Notes: a model not told the origin generated them from the letters alone. Positions 8,997 to 17,261 are shown, counted from the stretch's first letter. The stretch: DNA of 64,000 nucleotides from Deltaproteobacteria bacterium (GCA_016208235.1 JACQYN010000118.1:11891-75890); one strand, 5' to 3'. Numbers and translations: made by a program.

Positions 8997-9810
8997 AATA
9001 CTTGTACACCAGGTCGATGTCTGCGGCGACGAAGCCCTTTTCCCCTTCGGTGAGGGTAAATTCAAAGATATAGTCCCGGCTGGGCAGGTTTTCCGGGTTG
9101 ACCCCCGAGGGCAGGTCCTTTTCCATGAAAAACACGGAGGTATAGGGGGATTCTTCCAGACGGGTGTCGGTCACCCATGCCTTGCCGAAGCTGTGCATGA
9201 AGCGGAAGAATCCGTAGGAACGGTCCAGGAAATACTTGGTGCACACGCCCCGGACCCGGCTGCCCGACTCCCCCCAGGGGGGAGCCCCGGCAAAGGGGGG
9301 CGTGGTGGGCAAAAGACCAGGAATAAGATAACCGGGGATGAACAGGTCCACTTCCCGGCGCAGCCGCGCGGAGACGTTGGCGAAGGCCACCAGTTCCACG
9401 CGGCAGCCCTTGTTCTGGACCATGGTCACCACACTGCAAAAATCCCCATCCCCCGTAAACAGATAGATCAGGTCCAGGCGGTCCGACTGGGAGATGATGT
9501 CCAGGCCCATCTCCATGTCCAGGTTGGCCTTGCCGTAGGTGCGGCCCGAATCATCCGTGTACCACCTGATGGGCTTTTCTATTACCTTGAAGCCCAGGTC
9601 CCGGAGGGTGAGAATGAAGTTCAGGGTATTTTTGTAGTTGGGGTCGGAGCTGGCCCGCTCTTCGTCGATGGCCACATACGCGTTGAGGCGCATCACTTCA
9701 TCGCCGTCCCAGGCGGCCAGGCGGCGGATGACTTCGTAGCGCATGCCGTAGCCGCCGCAGCGCATGATGTTCATGGAATCCACATATATTCCCACTTTGC
9801 GATTATTCAC
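8995..9810 (-). CDS. NYN (LabA-like) domain protein with C-terminal cold-shock/OB-like domain
   Basis: N-terminal VGIYVDSMN..., FTGDGDF and VELVAF motifs of NYN/LabA RNase-like domains. C-terminal GVCTKYFLDRSYGFFRF resembles a CSD. Confidence 0.75.
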   Translation of the reverse strand: MNNRKVGIYVDSMNIMRCGGYGMRYEVIRRLAAWDGDEVMRLNAYVAIDEERASSDPNYKNTLNFILTLRDLGFKVIEKPIRWYTDDSGRTYGKANLDMEMGLDIISQSDRLDLIYLFTGDGDFCSVVTMVQNKGCRVELVAFANVSARLRREVDLFIPGYLIPGLLPTTPPFAGAPPWGESGSRVRGVCTKYFLDRSYGFFRFMHSFGKAWVTDTRLEESPYTSVFFMEKDLPSGVNPENLPSRDYIFEFTLTEGEKGFVAADIDLVYKY

Positions 9811-9917
9811 GATCTTCAGGCTCCTTTACTAAAACTAAAATAAAGATCAGGGTACTGCTCTAAACCGTCATGGAAGCAATTCTTTCCGAAAAGTCTTCCT
9901 GTCGATGGGCGATTGGT

Positions 9918-10868
9918 TCAAAAAATCGGCCTTTCCCCAGCCACGGGGCGGAAGGGAGCGGCGTCGGTAAGCACCCTTCCCTCCTTTTCCAGCCGCGTCT
10001 GCAAATAAACGGGCAGGTGCGGCAGGCCTGCGGCGAACTCCGGTCCCATCCACCGCAGTGGCGGCATGGCCCGGTCTTCGAGGCGGGTTGCCGCTTCCCA
10101 GGGGGAGGGCCAGTCAAAGTCATCCCCTCCGGCCAGATGGAAACCGTAGAGGTCCATAAAGCTGGGGACAAAAGCGGTATAGGCCAGCACCCTGGGAAAG
10201 ACGGCCCTGAGAGTGCAGTTGAGGTCCGGCAGGAGCCGGCCCCAGGGACCGGCTGTGCCTGATTGCAAGGCCACCAGGCCTCCAGGCGCGAGTTTGCTCC
10301 GGACCAGGTTATAAAACTCCCGGGTAAACAACAGCAGGGCCGGGCCCTCTTCCAGGGGCTCCGGCAGATCCAGGATGATGACGTCGAAACTCCCGTCCGG
10401 CTGAGCCGCCAGCCAGGCGCGGCCGTCGGCAAACACCAGTTCCGTGCGGGGGGCGTCGAAAGCCCCTTGATGGAACTCCGGCAGCCACTTGCGGCAGACC
10501 TCCACCAACTCCTGGTCGATGTCCGCCATCACCGCGGCTTCAACCAAGGAATGGCGCAGCACCTCCCGCAAAGTGGCCCCTTCCCCGCCGCCCAGCACCA
10601 GCACCCGCCGGGGTTCGGGATGGGCCAACATCACCGGGTGCACCAGGGCTTCATGGTAGATAAATTCGTCTTTCTCCGCGGACTGCAGCCTGCCGTCCAG
10701 GAGCAAGACCTTGCCCCAGAGCCGGCTGAGAAAAATTTCATATTCCTGAAAGCGGGTCTTCCCGAAGACCAGGACTTTCTGCTTCTCATAGGCCACCAGG
10801 TCCGCAGGGCTGGACAGGTCAATGAACCAATCTCCCGATGGCCAGGATGGGGACGACAAATCGCTCAT
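9918..10868 (-). CDS. speE: spermidine synthase-like polyamine aminopropyltransferase
   Basis: LLLDGRLQSAEKDEFIYHEALVHP, VLVLGGGEGATLREVL, DIDQELV and FDVIILDLPEP motifs. Confidence 0.8.
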   Translation of the reverse strand: MSDLSSPSWPSGDWFIDLSSPADLVAYEKQKVLVFGKTRFQEYEIFLSRLWGKVLLLDGRLQSAEKDEFIYHEALVHPVMLAHPEPRRVLVLGGGEGATLREVLRHSLVEAAVMADIDQELVEVCRKWLPEFHQGAFDAPRTELVFADGRAWLAAQPDGSFDVIILDLPEPLEEGPALLLFTREFYNLVRSKLAPGGLVALQSGTAGPWGRLLPDLNCTLRAVFPRVLAYTAFVPSFMDLYGFHLAGGDDFDWPSPWEAATRLEDRAMPPLRWMGPEFAAGLPHLPVYLQTRLEKEGRVLTDAAPFRPVAGERPIF

Positions 10869-11309
10869 TTTCTCCGTTCGCTCAGCATGGTTTTGCAGAT
10901 TATAATCGAAAAATCTTAGAGAGAAACTATTTTCAATGCAAGACGGGGTGAGAAGAAGTTGAAGTTTCTTAAATTGTTCTAGAAAAATGGTCGGATAAAA
11001 AGAATTAGTGAGGTTAGAGGACAGGGTCTAAAGGCGGGCGCGGAGGCCCGCCCCACTATCAAAAGGAAATGTATTGGTGGGGCGGCCATCCCTGGCCGCC
11101 TCCAAGAGTTCCTGGGAAAAAGGATTTACTTCACGTTCCCCAGCTTTGCTTGGGAACCAGAAGAATGTGGAACAGCCGCCCCCGGCTGTAATCGGGCAGG
11201 CGAGGGCGCCTGCTCCACATCCTGGTCCTCATCATACAAGCCTCTTTTTTATGAGGTCTCGCACCGGGTAATTTTGATAGAATGGGGCGAATCGGCTTAA
11301 GGGGGCGGA

Positions 11310-12050
11310 ATGCGGGAAGTCTGGCGCATGTGGCATTATTCCACCATGGTGGTCCTCACCGTGCTCACGGCCGGGATCTTCGCGGCCATCCTCATCCCTT
11401 TCAAAGGCATCCCCCTGATTCCCGGGCTCACGGAACTGCGGCCCGCCAACGTCATCCCCGTGGTCTTCGGCCTGCTCTTCGGGCCCGCGGGGGCCTGGGG
11501 CGCGGCTTTGGGGAACCTCATCGGCGATTTTTTCGGCACCCTGGGCGTGGGCAGTTTCTTCGGCTTTTGGGGCAATTTCCTGGCCGCGTACCTGCCTTAT
11601 AAGATGTGGCGGAACCGGCCTTTGGGGAGCATTCGGGGACACCTTCCCCGCTTCATGCTGGCGGTGCTCCTGGGGGCCATGGGTTGCGCCCTGGTGGTGG
11701 GCTTCGGCCTGGAAGCGCTGAAACTTTTGCCCTTCAGCGTCATCGCGGTGGCGGTCTTCATCAATAACGCGCTCATCACCCTGCTTTTGGGGCCCTTTCT
11801 CCTGGCCCTGCTGGAGCCCCGGGTAAGCCGCTGGGACCTTTCCTGGACCGAGATCGTGGACCCGGAGGACCGCGCCCCCGGACCCGCGCCCCGCCTGGGC
11901 CTGGCTCTGGCCTGGCTGGGCGCGGGAGGTGGCTTCTTGCTGGGACTGGCAGTGGGTCTGGGTCTGGTGGGCCTCCCCGGCCTCCCTTCCTTGGCGGCGC
12001 TACTGACGCCCTTTGTGGTGATCCTGCTAATCGGCTGCTTCTTCCTTTAG
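11310..12050 (+). CDS. ECF-type substrate-capture (S) component-like membrane protein (QueT-like)
   Basis: 246 aa polytopic membrane protein. ELRPANVIPVVFGLLFGPAGAWGAALGNLIGDFFG resembles S-component/QueT-like families as I recall them. Followed by an ECF-like ATPase. Confidence 0.6.
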   Translation: MREVWRMWHYSTMVVLTVLTAGIFAAILIPFKGIPLIPGLTELRPANVIPVVFGLLFGPAGAWGAALGNLIGDFFGTLGVGSFFGFWGNFLAAYLPYKMWRNRPLGSIRGHLPRFMLAVLLGAMGCALVVGFGLEALKLLPFSVIAVAVFINNALITLLLGPFLLALLEPRVSRWDLSWTEIVDPEDRAPGPAPRLGLALAWLGAGGGFLLGLAVGLGLVGLPGLPSLAALLTPFVVILLIGCFFL

Positions 12051-12063
12051 AAATGAATATTTT

Positions 12064-12140
12064 TCTCACGCAAAGACGCAAAGGCGCTAAAGATTTAATA
12101 TAATTATTGCGTCTTTGGGCCTTTGCGTCTTTGCGTGAGA
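12064..12140. repeat. hairpin with 8-nt periodic arms (CGCAAAGA)n
   Basis: tctcacgcaaagacgcaaaggcgc ... gcgtctttgggcctttgcgtctttgcgtgaga, between the S-component stop and the ATPase ORF. Confidence 0.9.
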
Positions 12141-12159
12141 ATTCAACGGAGAACCTACA

Positions 12160-13806
12160 ATAATCAGAATCACCGATCTCCATTTTAAGTATAAAAAAGC
12201 CGACCGGCCTGTCTTTTACGGGCTCAACCTGGAGGTTGCCCCAGGGGAGCGCCTCGCCATCCTGGGGCCCAGCGAGGCCGGCAAATCCACCCTGGCCCTC
12301 TGCCTGGGGGGCCTCATCCCCCGGATGATTAAAGGGGAATTTCGCGGGCAGGTGGAAGTGGCGGGCAGTCTCACTCACCTCTGCCGCCCCCGGGAGCTGG
12401 CCGACCGGGTGGGCCTTTTGTTCCAGGATTTCGAGGCCCAGCTCTTCTGCACCCGGGTGGACCAGGAGGTGGCCTTCGGGCCGGAAAACCTGGGGCTTAA
12501 CCGGACGGAACTACTCCGGCGGGTGCCCTGGGCCTTGGGCCGGGTGGGCCTGGAGGGGGTGGAAAATCGCGATCCCGCCACCCTCTCCGGGGGGCAGAAA
12601 CAACTCCTGGCCCTGGCCGGGGTCCTGGCCCTGGAACCCCGCATTCTGGTTCTGGATGAACCCACCACAGACCTCGATCCCCTGCGGGTGGAAGAACTTC
12701 TATCTGCCTTGGACTGCCTCAGCATGGATAAAAACCTTACCTTAATCCTGCTGGGCGCGGACCTGCGGCTGGCCCGGCATTGCTCCCGGATTGTCTTACT
12801 TAATCACGGGGGAGTGGCGGCCGACGGCCCCCGAGAGCAGGTGTTACGGAAGGTGGAGACCTTGCGCGGCCTGGGGCTGCGGCCCCCGGAACTGCCGGCC
12901 CTGTTCCACGACCTGGGGCAAACGGCCCTGCCCCTGACCCTGGAAGAGGCCGCGGTCCAGGCCCGGAGCCTGGGTTGGGAGTGTCCCGGGGCAGGAAGCC
13001 GGGAGCTTCCGGCCCCTCCCCTGCCCTCCCCGGCCCCGGAACTTCTGGCCCTGCGCCGGGTGACTTTCGCGTATCCGGATTCCTCCCCCATATTTCGGGA
13101 CTTTTCTTTCAGTTTGCGGGAAGGGGAGCTAACCGCGATTTTAGGCCCCAACGGCGGCGGCAAGACCACCCTGGTGAAGCTGCTCCGGGGCCTGCTCAAA
13201 CCTCAGGAGGGTGAGGCATGGTCCGCCCCGGGAGACCAACCTCTACGGGTGGGGTTTGTCTTCCAGAATCCCGATTATCAGTTATTTTCCGAGCAGGTCT
13301 GGGAAGAAGTGGCCTTTGGCCCCCGCCTCCTGGGGCTGGAACCGGAGGAAGTCAACCGCCGGGTGGAGCAGTCCCTGTCCCGGGTCCATCTCCTGGACCG
13401 GGCCGGGGAGGACCCCTTTTCCCTCACCAAGGGACAGCGCCAGCGACTGGCCGTGGCCGGGGTCCTGGCCCTCACCCCCCGGGTGATCATCCTGGATGAA
13501 CCCACCACCGGCCTGGACCACCGGGAGCAAGAAGACATGCTGGAGTTGATCCGGGAACTCCACGCCCAAGGCCACACCATCGTCATGGTCACCCACTCCA
13601 TGTGGGTTGCCGCCACTTATACCCAGCGGCTGGTGGTCCTGAACCGGGGCCGGATAGTCCTGGACGGCCCCACCCGGGAGGTCCTGGCCCAGGAAGAAAT
13701 TTTGTGTTCCTGCAACCTTAAGACCCCGGCGCTAGTGCAGCTCAGCCGGCGGTTGGGATTTATGGCCCTGACTCCGGAGGAGTTTCGCAACCACGTTTTG
13801 GGATAA
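12160..13806 (+). CDS. duplicated ABC ATPase (EcfA1-EcfA2-like fusion); start codon uncertain
   Basis: Two ABC cassettes: Walker A GPSEAGKST at ~12265-12291 and GPNGGGKTT; LSGGQKQ and LTKGQRQ signatures; LVLDEPT and IILDEPT Walker B. The first Walker A lies upstream of the first ATG (12325). The frame opens at 12139. GGAGA at 12148-12152 is followed by ATA/ATC at 12160/12163. Confidence 0.8.
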   Translation: MIRITDLHFKYKKADRPVFYGLNLEVAPGERLAILGPSEAGKSTLALCLGGLIPRMIKGEFRGQVEVAGSLTHLCRPRELADRVGLLFQDFEAQLFCTRVDQEVAFGPENLGLNRTELLRRVPWALGRVGLEGVENRDPATLSGGQKQLLALAGVLALEPRILVLDEPTTDLDPLRVEELLSALDCLSMDKNLTLILLGADLRLARHCSRIVLLNHGGVAADGPREQVLRKVETLRGLGLRPPELPALFHDLGQTALPLTLEEAAVQARSLGWECPGAGSRELPAPPLPSPAPELLALRRVTFAYPDSSPIFRDFSFSLREGELTAILGPNGGGKTTLVKLLRGLLKPQEGEAWSAPGDQPLRVGFVFQNPDYQLFSEQVWEEVAFGPRLLGLEPEEVNRRVEQSLSRVHLLDRAGEDPFSLTKGQRQRLAVAGVLALTPRVIILDEPTTGLDHREQEDMLELIRELHAQGHTIVMVTHSMWVAATYTQRLVVLNRGRIVLDGPTREVLAQEEILCSCNLKTPALVQLSRRLGFMALTPEEFRNHVLG

Positions 13807-13882
13807 GGGGTAGAAACCCCTTGGGCGTGCCGTGCACGCCGATTAATGGCGGCCACGGGCCGCCCTATGGCTGCTTGGAAAA

Positions 13883-14044
13883 GTTCCAAGTTCCCAGTTC
13901 CGTGTTCCAAGTTGAGACTTCTGCGAAAGTCTTTTAAGGTGTCATTCTGAACGGAGCGAAGCTTCGTTTCGAATCTCGTATTTGAGATTCTTCGGTCGCT
14001 TCGCTCCCTCAGAATGACAATTGATGAAGTTTCGCAGAAGTCTC
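13883..14044. repeat. composite nested palindrome, copy I-a
   Basis: GTTCCAA-type 7-mer array (13883-13913), GAGACTTCTGCGAAAG (13914-29) paired with TTTCGCAGAAGTCTC (14030-44), and the core GTCATTCTGA...TCAGAATGAC palindrome (13941-14018). Confidence 0.9.
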
Positions 14045-14282
14045 AAGTTAGGAATTAGCCATCAGGAACTTTTAATAATTTGCGGTAGGCCAACGGCCCA
14101 TGAATAATTGATCTGAAAAGTTGTACCCCGCACAGGCTGGAAAGCCTGTGCTACCGATACTTTTTATGGTTTATGGGTGAGCCTAAGGTCCATGAGGACC
14201 TGCCTTGATTTTTGATTTTTAAGCTGATGGCTGAAAGCTATTCGCCTTCTTTTTCATGGACCTTGACCGAACGGAGGCATCT

Positions 14283-15089
14283 ATGTGGGTAGCCGCAATT
14301 CAACTCAATTCCACCCCGGATATGGAGGGGAACCTGACTCGCGCCCGGTCCTTGATCGAGGAGGCCGCGTCCCGGGGCGCGCAGCTTATCGCCCTGCCGG
14401 AGCATTTTGCGTATCTGGGGCCGGAAGACAAAAAGCCGCCGTCCGCCCAGGCACTGGATGGGCCTCTGCTGAGTGAATTTCGGGAACTGGCCAGAAAATT
14501 GGGGGTCTTCCTGCTCCTCGGCTCCTTCCCGGAGCTTACCGCGGCCGGGGCCCGCCCCTTTAACACCAGCGTGCTCCTGGGACCCCAGGGAGACATTCTC
14601 GCGTCCTACCGCAAGATGCACCTCTTCGACGTGGATCTCGCCAAAGGGCCAAGATACCGGGAATCTCAATTTATTCAGGCCGGAGAAGAATTGGCCGTGG
14701 CCCCCCTTCCCGGCGCCCCCTTCACCGCGGGTCTGGCCATCTGCTACGACCTGCGCTTCCCGGAGCTTTTTCGGGCCCTGACGGCCCAAGGCGCGGATCT
14801 TCTGCTGTTGCCCGCGGCCTTCACCCTGGCCACCGGCCGGGACCACTGGGAGGTCCTGGTCCGGGCCCGAGCCATCGAAAACCTGGCTTACGTCATCGCC
14901 CCGGCCCAATGGGGCCAGCACTCCCCGGGCCGCCGCAGCTACGGCCGCTCCCTCATCATCGACCCCTGGGGCCTCATCCTGGCCCAGGCCCCGGACGGAG
15001 AAGGCATCATTTACGCCCGCCTGGACCACGATCGTTTGAACAGGCTGCGCCGGGAACTGCCTTGTTTGCACCATCGCCGATTGAAGTAA
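14283..15089 (+). CDS. carbon-nitrogen hydrolase (nitrilase/Nit family)
   Basis: Start at ATG 14283, after GGAGG at 14272-14276. Typical Nit pattern IALPE (catalytic Glu), YRKMHLFD (Lys), LAICYDLRFPE (Cys). Confidence 0.85.
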   Translation: MWVAAIQLNSTPDMEGNLTRARSLIEEAASRGAQLIALPEHFAYLGPEDKKPPSAQALDGPLLSEFRELARKLGVFLLLGSFPELTAAGARPFNTSVLLGPQGDILASYRKMHLFDVDLAKGPRYRESQFIQAGEELAVAPLPGAPFTAGLAICYDLRFPELFRALTAQGADLLLLPAAFTLATGRDHWEVLVRARAIENLAYVIAPAQWGQHSPGRRSYGRSLIIDPWGLILAQAPDGEGIIYARLDHDRLNRLRRELPCLHHRRLK

Positions 15090-15102
15090 GAGGTGGGTGG
15101 AA

Positions 15103-15373
15103 AGCTGTCAGCTATCAGCTATCAGCTGTCAGCTGTCAGCTTAATTGAAGAACTATTAGAGATTGGAGCTAAATCGAGTTCAGCTGAAGTTTTGGGGTCT
15201 GCCTTAATTTTTGATTTTATACCAAGTCGCAAACAAAAAACGCAGTATCGTAGGGGCGCACCCGTGTGTGCGCCCGAGTCCGGGGCGGACACATGGGTCC
15301 GCCCCTACAAGAAAATTGTCTTTTGTTTGCGACTTGGTATTAAAGCTGATGGCTGAAAGCTGATAGCTGAAAG
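15103..15373. repeat. composite nested palindrome, type II
   Basis: Outer (CAGCTRT)n arms at 15103-15141 / 15344-15373, enclosing the element at 15219-15340. Confidence 0.9.
15219..15340. mobile_element. 122-bp MITE-like palindromic insertion (ATACCAAG...CTTGGTAT)
   Basis: 20-bp perfect terminal inverted repeats (ataccaagtcgcaaacaaaa / ttttgtttgcgacttggtat) around a GTAGGGGCG...CGCCCCTAC double hairpin. An uninterrupted version of the flanks exists at 14201-14240. Confidence 0.65.
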
Positions 15374-15405
15374 TTAAGCAGCCTTTAGCCCCCTCCCCCA
15401 CCCCA

Positions 15406-15441
15406 ACAAAAAAAGGCGGAAGGAAAACCCTCCCGCCTTTT
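15406..15441 (-). terminator. rho-independent terminator after the sigma/dksA-like operon
   Basis: Stem GGCGGA/TCCCGCC (15415-15437). On the minus strand it is followed by a T7 run (plus-strand A-run 15408-15414). Lies 22 nt past the stop at 15463. Confidence 0.7.
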
Positions 15442-15462
15442 ATATTTCGGTGTTAGGCTGCG

Positions 15463-15816
15463 TTACCGGGACGTGGCTTTGGCCAGTTTTTCCCGAAGAG
15501 ACTGGCAGTTGCGGCACAAGGGGGTTTCGGGCATGATTTCCAGCCGCCGCGGCTCAATGGGCAGCCCGCAGTTTTCACATTGGCCGTAGCTGCCGTTTTC
15601 CAGCCTTTGCAGGGCTTCTTCGATGGCCTCCAGCTCCTGCCGTTTGGGTCCCAGAAGGGAGAGCTGGGTCTCCGCCAGGAGGCTGACCGAGGCCTGATCT
15701 TCCTCGTCCCGGGCGGTGGCCAGCATCTCCTGATAGCCGTCGCCGATACTGCTCTTCAGCTGTTGTTTCACTTCCAGCCAGAGGCGCTGTTTCCGGGACA
15801 GCAGCCGTTCTTTCAC
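15463..15816 (-). CDS. DksA/TraR-family C4 zinc-finger protein
   Basis: 117 aa. C-terminal CENCGLPIEPRRLEIMPETPLCRNC four-Cys finger after a coiled-coil region. GTG start overlaps the sigma stop (GTGA). Confidence 0.85.
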   Translation of the reverse strand: MKERLLSRKQRLWLEVKQQLKSSIGDGYQEMLATARDEEDQASVSLLAETQLSLLGPKRQELEAIEEALQRLENGSYGQCENCGLPIEPRRLEIMPETPLCRNCQSLREKLAKATSR

Positions 15817-17009
15817 TTCCGCCTGACGTCGATTTCCTCCAGGGTATGTTCCACTTCCTCCCCCACTCCGAAGCGCATCTTCATGATTTTCTCTTCCCGC
15901 TGGGTCAGGGTGGTGAGGATGGTGTCCGTCTTTTCCGTAAGCTGGGACTCCAGGATGGCCTCGTAAGGGGAGACCGCCTTGTCATTGCGGATGAAGTCTC
16001 CTAGCCGGTCCCCTTCGTCTCCCACCGGGGTTTCCAGGGAGATCAGCTCATCGGACAGATTGGTGACCATGAGGATTTTTTCCTCCGGCACCCCGGAACG
16101 CGCCGCGATCTCCTTGAGATTCGGTTCCCGGCCCAACTCTTTCAACAGGTCGTAAAAAGCCCGGTAGCAGCGGTTTCGGATCTCCTGCAGATGCACGGGG
16201 ATACGGATGGTCCGGGTCTTGTCGTAGATGGCCCGGGTGATGGTCTGCCGGATCCACCAGGACGCGAAGGTGCTCAGGCGGTAGCCGGTGGTATAGTCAT
16301 ACCGGGTTACGGCCTTCATCAGGCCCAGGTTGCCTTCCTGGATGAGGTCGGAGAAACTCAGGCCCCGGTGCAGGTATTTTTTGGCGATGCTCACCACCAG
16401 GCGCAGGTTCGCCTTGATCATCTGGTCCCGGGCCTGGGTGACTTCGTCTTCCATGGCCTGGATGCACCGCGCCAGTTCCTTGATATCCGCGGCCTCGGGA
16501 TAATGTCTCTCGAGCCAATGCAGCTTCTTATGGATATCCTTGAAAAGCTTCTCTTTGGCTTGGGCGCTCTTTTCCGGTGTCTGGAACCAGCCAAGAATCT
16601 TCTTTTGCAGGTAGCGGATCTCTTCCAGGTCGGAATCCACCATGGATACCAGTTTAAAGATGGTCTCCTGCCCTTCTTTGATGATGCGGCCCAGGTTCCG
16701 TTCTTCTTCCGGGGAAAGGATGGAATACCGCAGCATTTCCCGGAAATACGCGGCTACCAGGCCCTCATGTTCCGGAATTTCCTGGGCTTCCAGGCTCTCA
16801 TCCAGGTCTTCTTCCGCCTCTTCCCCGAGGACCAGGGCCGGGGTCAGGTCGCCTTCCAGGCCCTCCTCGGGTATAACCTCGTAGTTTTCCCGGTAATTTA
16901 GTGATTCATCCTCCTCTTCCGGAACGAAAAGATGAAACTGGTCATAGGGAATGATCTGGTCATTCCCCCCGCCAAGGTTGATGATCTTTTTAAAGTATTC
17001 TTTTTCCAT
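15813..17009 (-). CDS. sigma-70 family RNA polymerase sigma factor (C-terminally short)
   Basis: Region 2 (ANLRLVVSIAKKY..GLSFSDLIQEGNLGLMKAVTRYDY..GYRLSTFASWWIRQ), region 3 and region 4.1 (LTQREEKIMKMRFG) are present. The ORF ends at TLEEIDVRRK, before the expected 4.2 recognition helix. Confidence 0.85.
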   Translation of the reverse strand: MEKEYFKKIINLGGGNDQIIPYDQFHLFVPEEEDESLNYRENYEVIPEEGLEGDLTPALVLGEEAEEDLDESLEAQEIPEHEGLVAAYFREMLRYSILSPEEERNLGRIIKEGQETIFKLVSMVDSDLEEIRYLQKKILGWFQTPEKSAQAKEKLFKDIHKKLHWLERHYPEAADIKELARCIQAMEDEVTQARDQMIKANLRLVVSIAKKYLHRGLSFSDLIQEGNLGLMKAVTRYDYTTGYRLSTFASWWIRQTITRAIYDKTRTIRIPVHLQEIRNRCYRAFYDLLKELGREPNLKEIAARSGVPEEKILMVTNLSDELISLETPVGDEGDRLGDFIRNDKAVSPYEAILESQLTEKTDTILTTLTQREEKIMKMRFGVGEEVEHTLEEIDVRRK

Positions 17010-17261
17010 GAATTTGGGTCCTGTGGCCCCCTGCCACTGTTTAAATTTAAACGTTTATTTTAACTTCTTATAGAGTCATGTCAAGGAAAAAAGTTAATTT
17101 TTATTTATTAACTTTCGACTCTGCGACGTTTATATCGGCATTTTTTCTAATAATTTAAATATAATTACACCTTGTACCCTTGTCAAGACAGCTTAGAACA
17201 ACTCTTGACCCCCTTCCCCGGCCGCGAGTATCATGGCACCAGCCATTTGGAGGGAGAAGCC

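Noticed and set aside
10869-11309. Riboswitch upstream of the ECF S-component gene (preQ1, TPP or cobalamin)
   Set aside because: I could not find the conserved cores of these classes by eye (for example CUGAGA/ACCUGAUCUGGAUAAUGCCAGC for TPP, the B12 box, or the preQ1-I A-rich tail). The region is instead occupied by repeat hairpins. An Infernal/Rfam scan would be decisive.
14238-15074. 278-aa minus-strand ORF
   Set aside because: It is antisense to the nitrilase-family gene, which has the catalytic E-K-C motifs.
15103-15141. Possibility that the tandem arrays are CRISPR arrays
   Set aside because: The units are 7-8 nt with no unique spacers. Arrays are 20-40 nt and occur as inverted pairs. 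No cas genes are present in the window.
15093-15401. Small ORFs (87 aa plus strand, 65 aa minus strand) inside the composite repeat
   Set aside because: Their sequences are translations of heptamer arrays (SAISYQLSAVS) and palindromes. The same applies to 11074..11271, 4990..5241, 5002..5220 and 57732..57947.
15800-15850. Programmed frameshift or selenocysteine read-through joining sigma to the DksA-like ORF
   Set aside because: None of the three frames downstream encodes a region 4.2-like helix. The frame following the TGA hits another TGA after about 15 codons. The DksA-like ORF looks complete on its own.
17172-17261. N-terminal extensions offered by the ORF track for several genes (17172, 35921, 41706, 49363, 14256, 27456, 59549)
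   Set aside because: Internal starts with Shine-Dalgarno sequences and homology-consistent N-termini are more plausible. The extensions overlap upstream genes or repeats.
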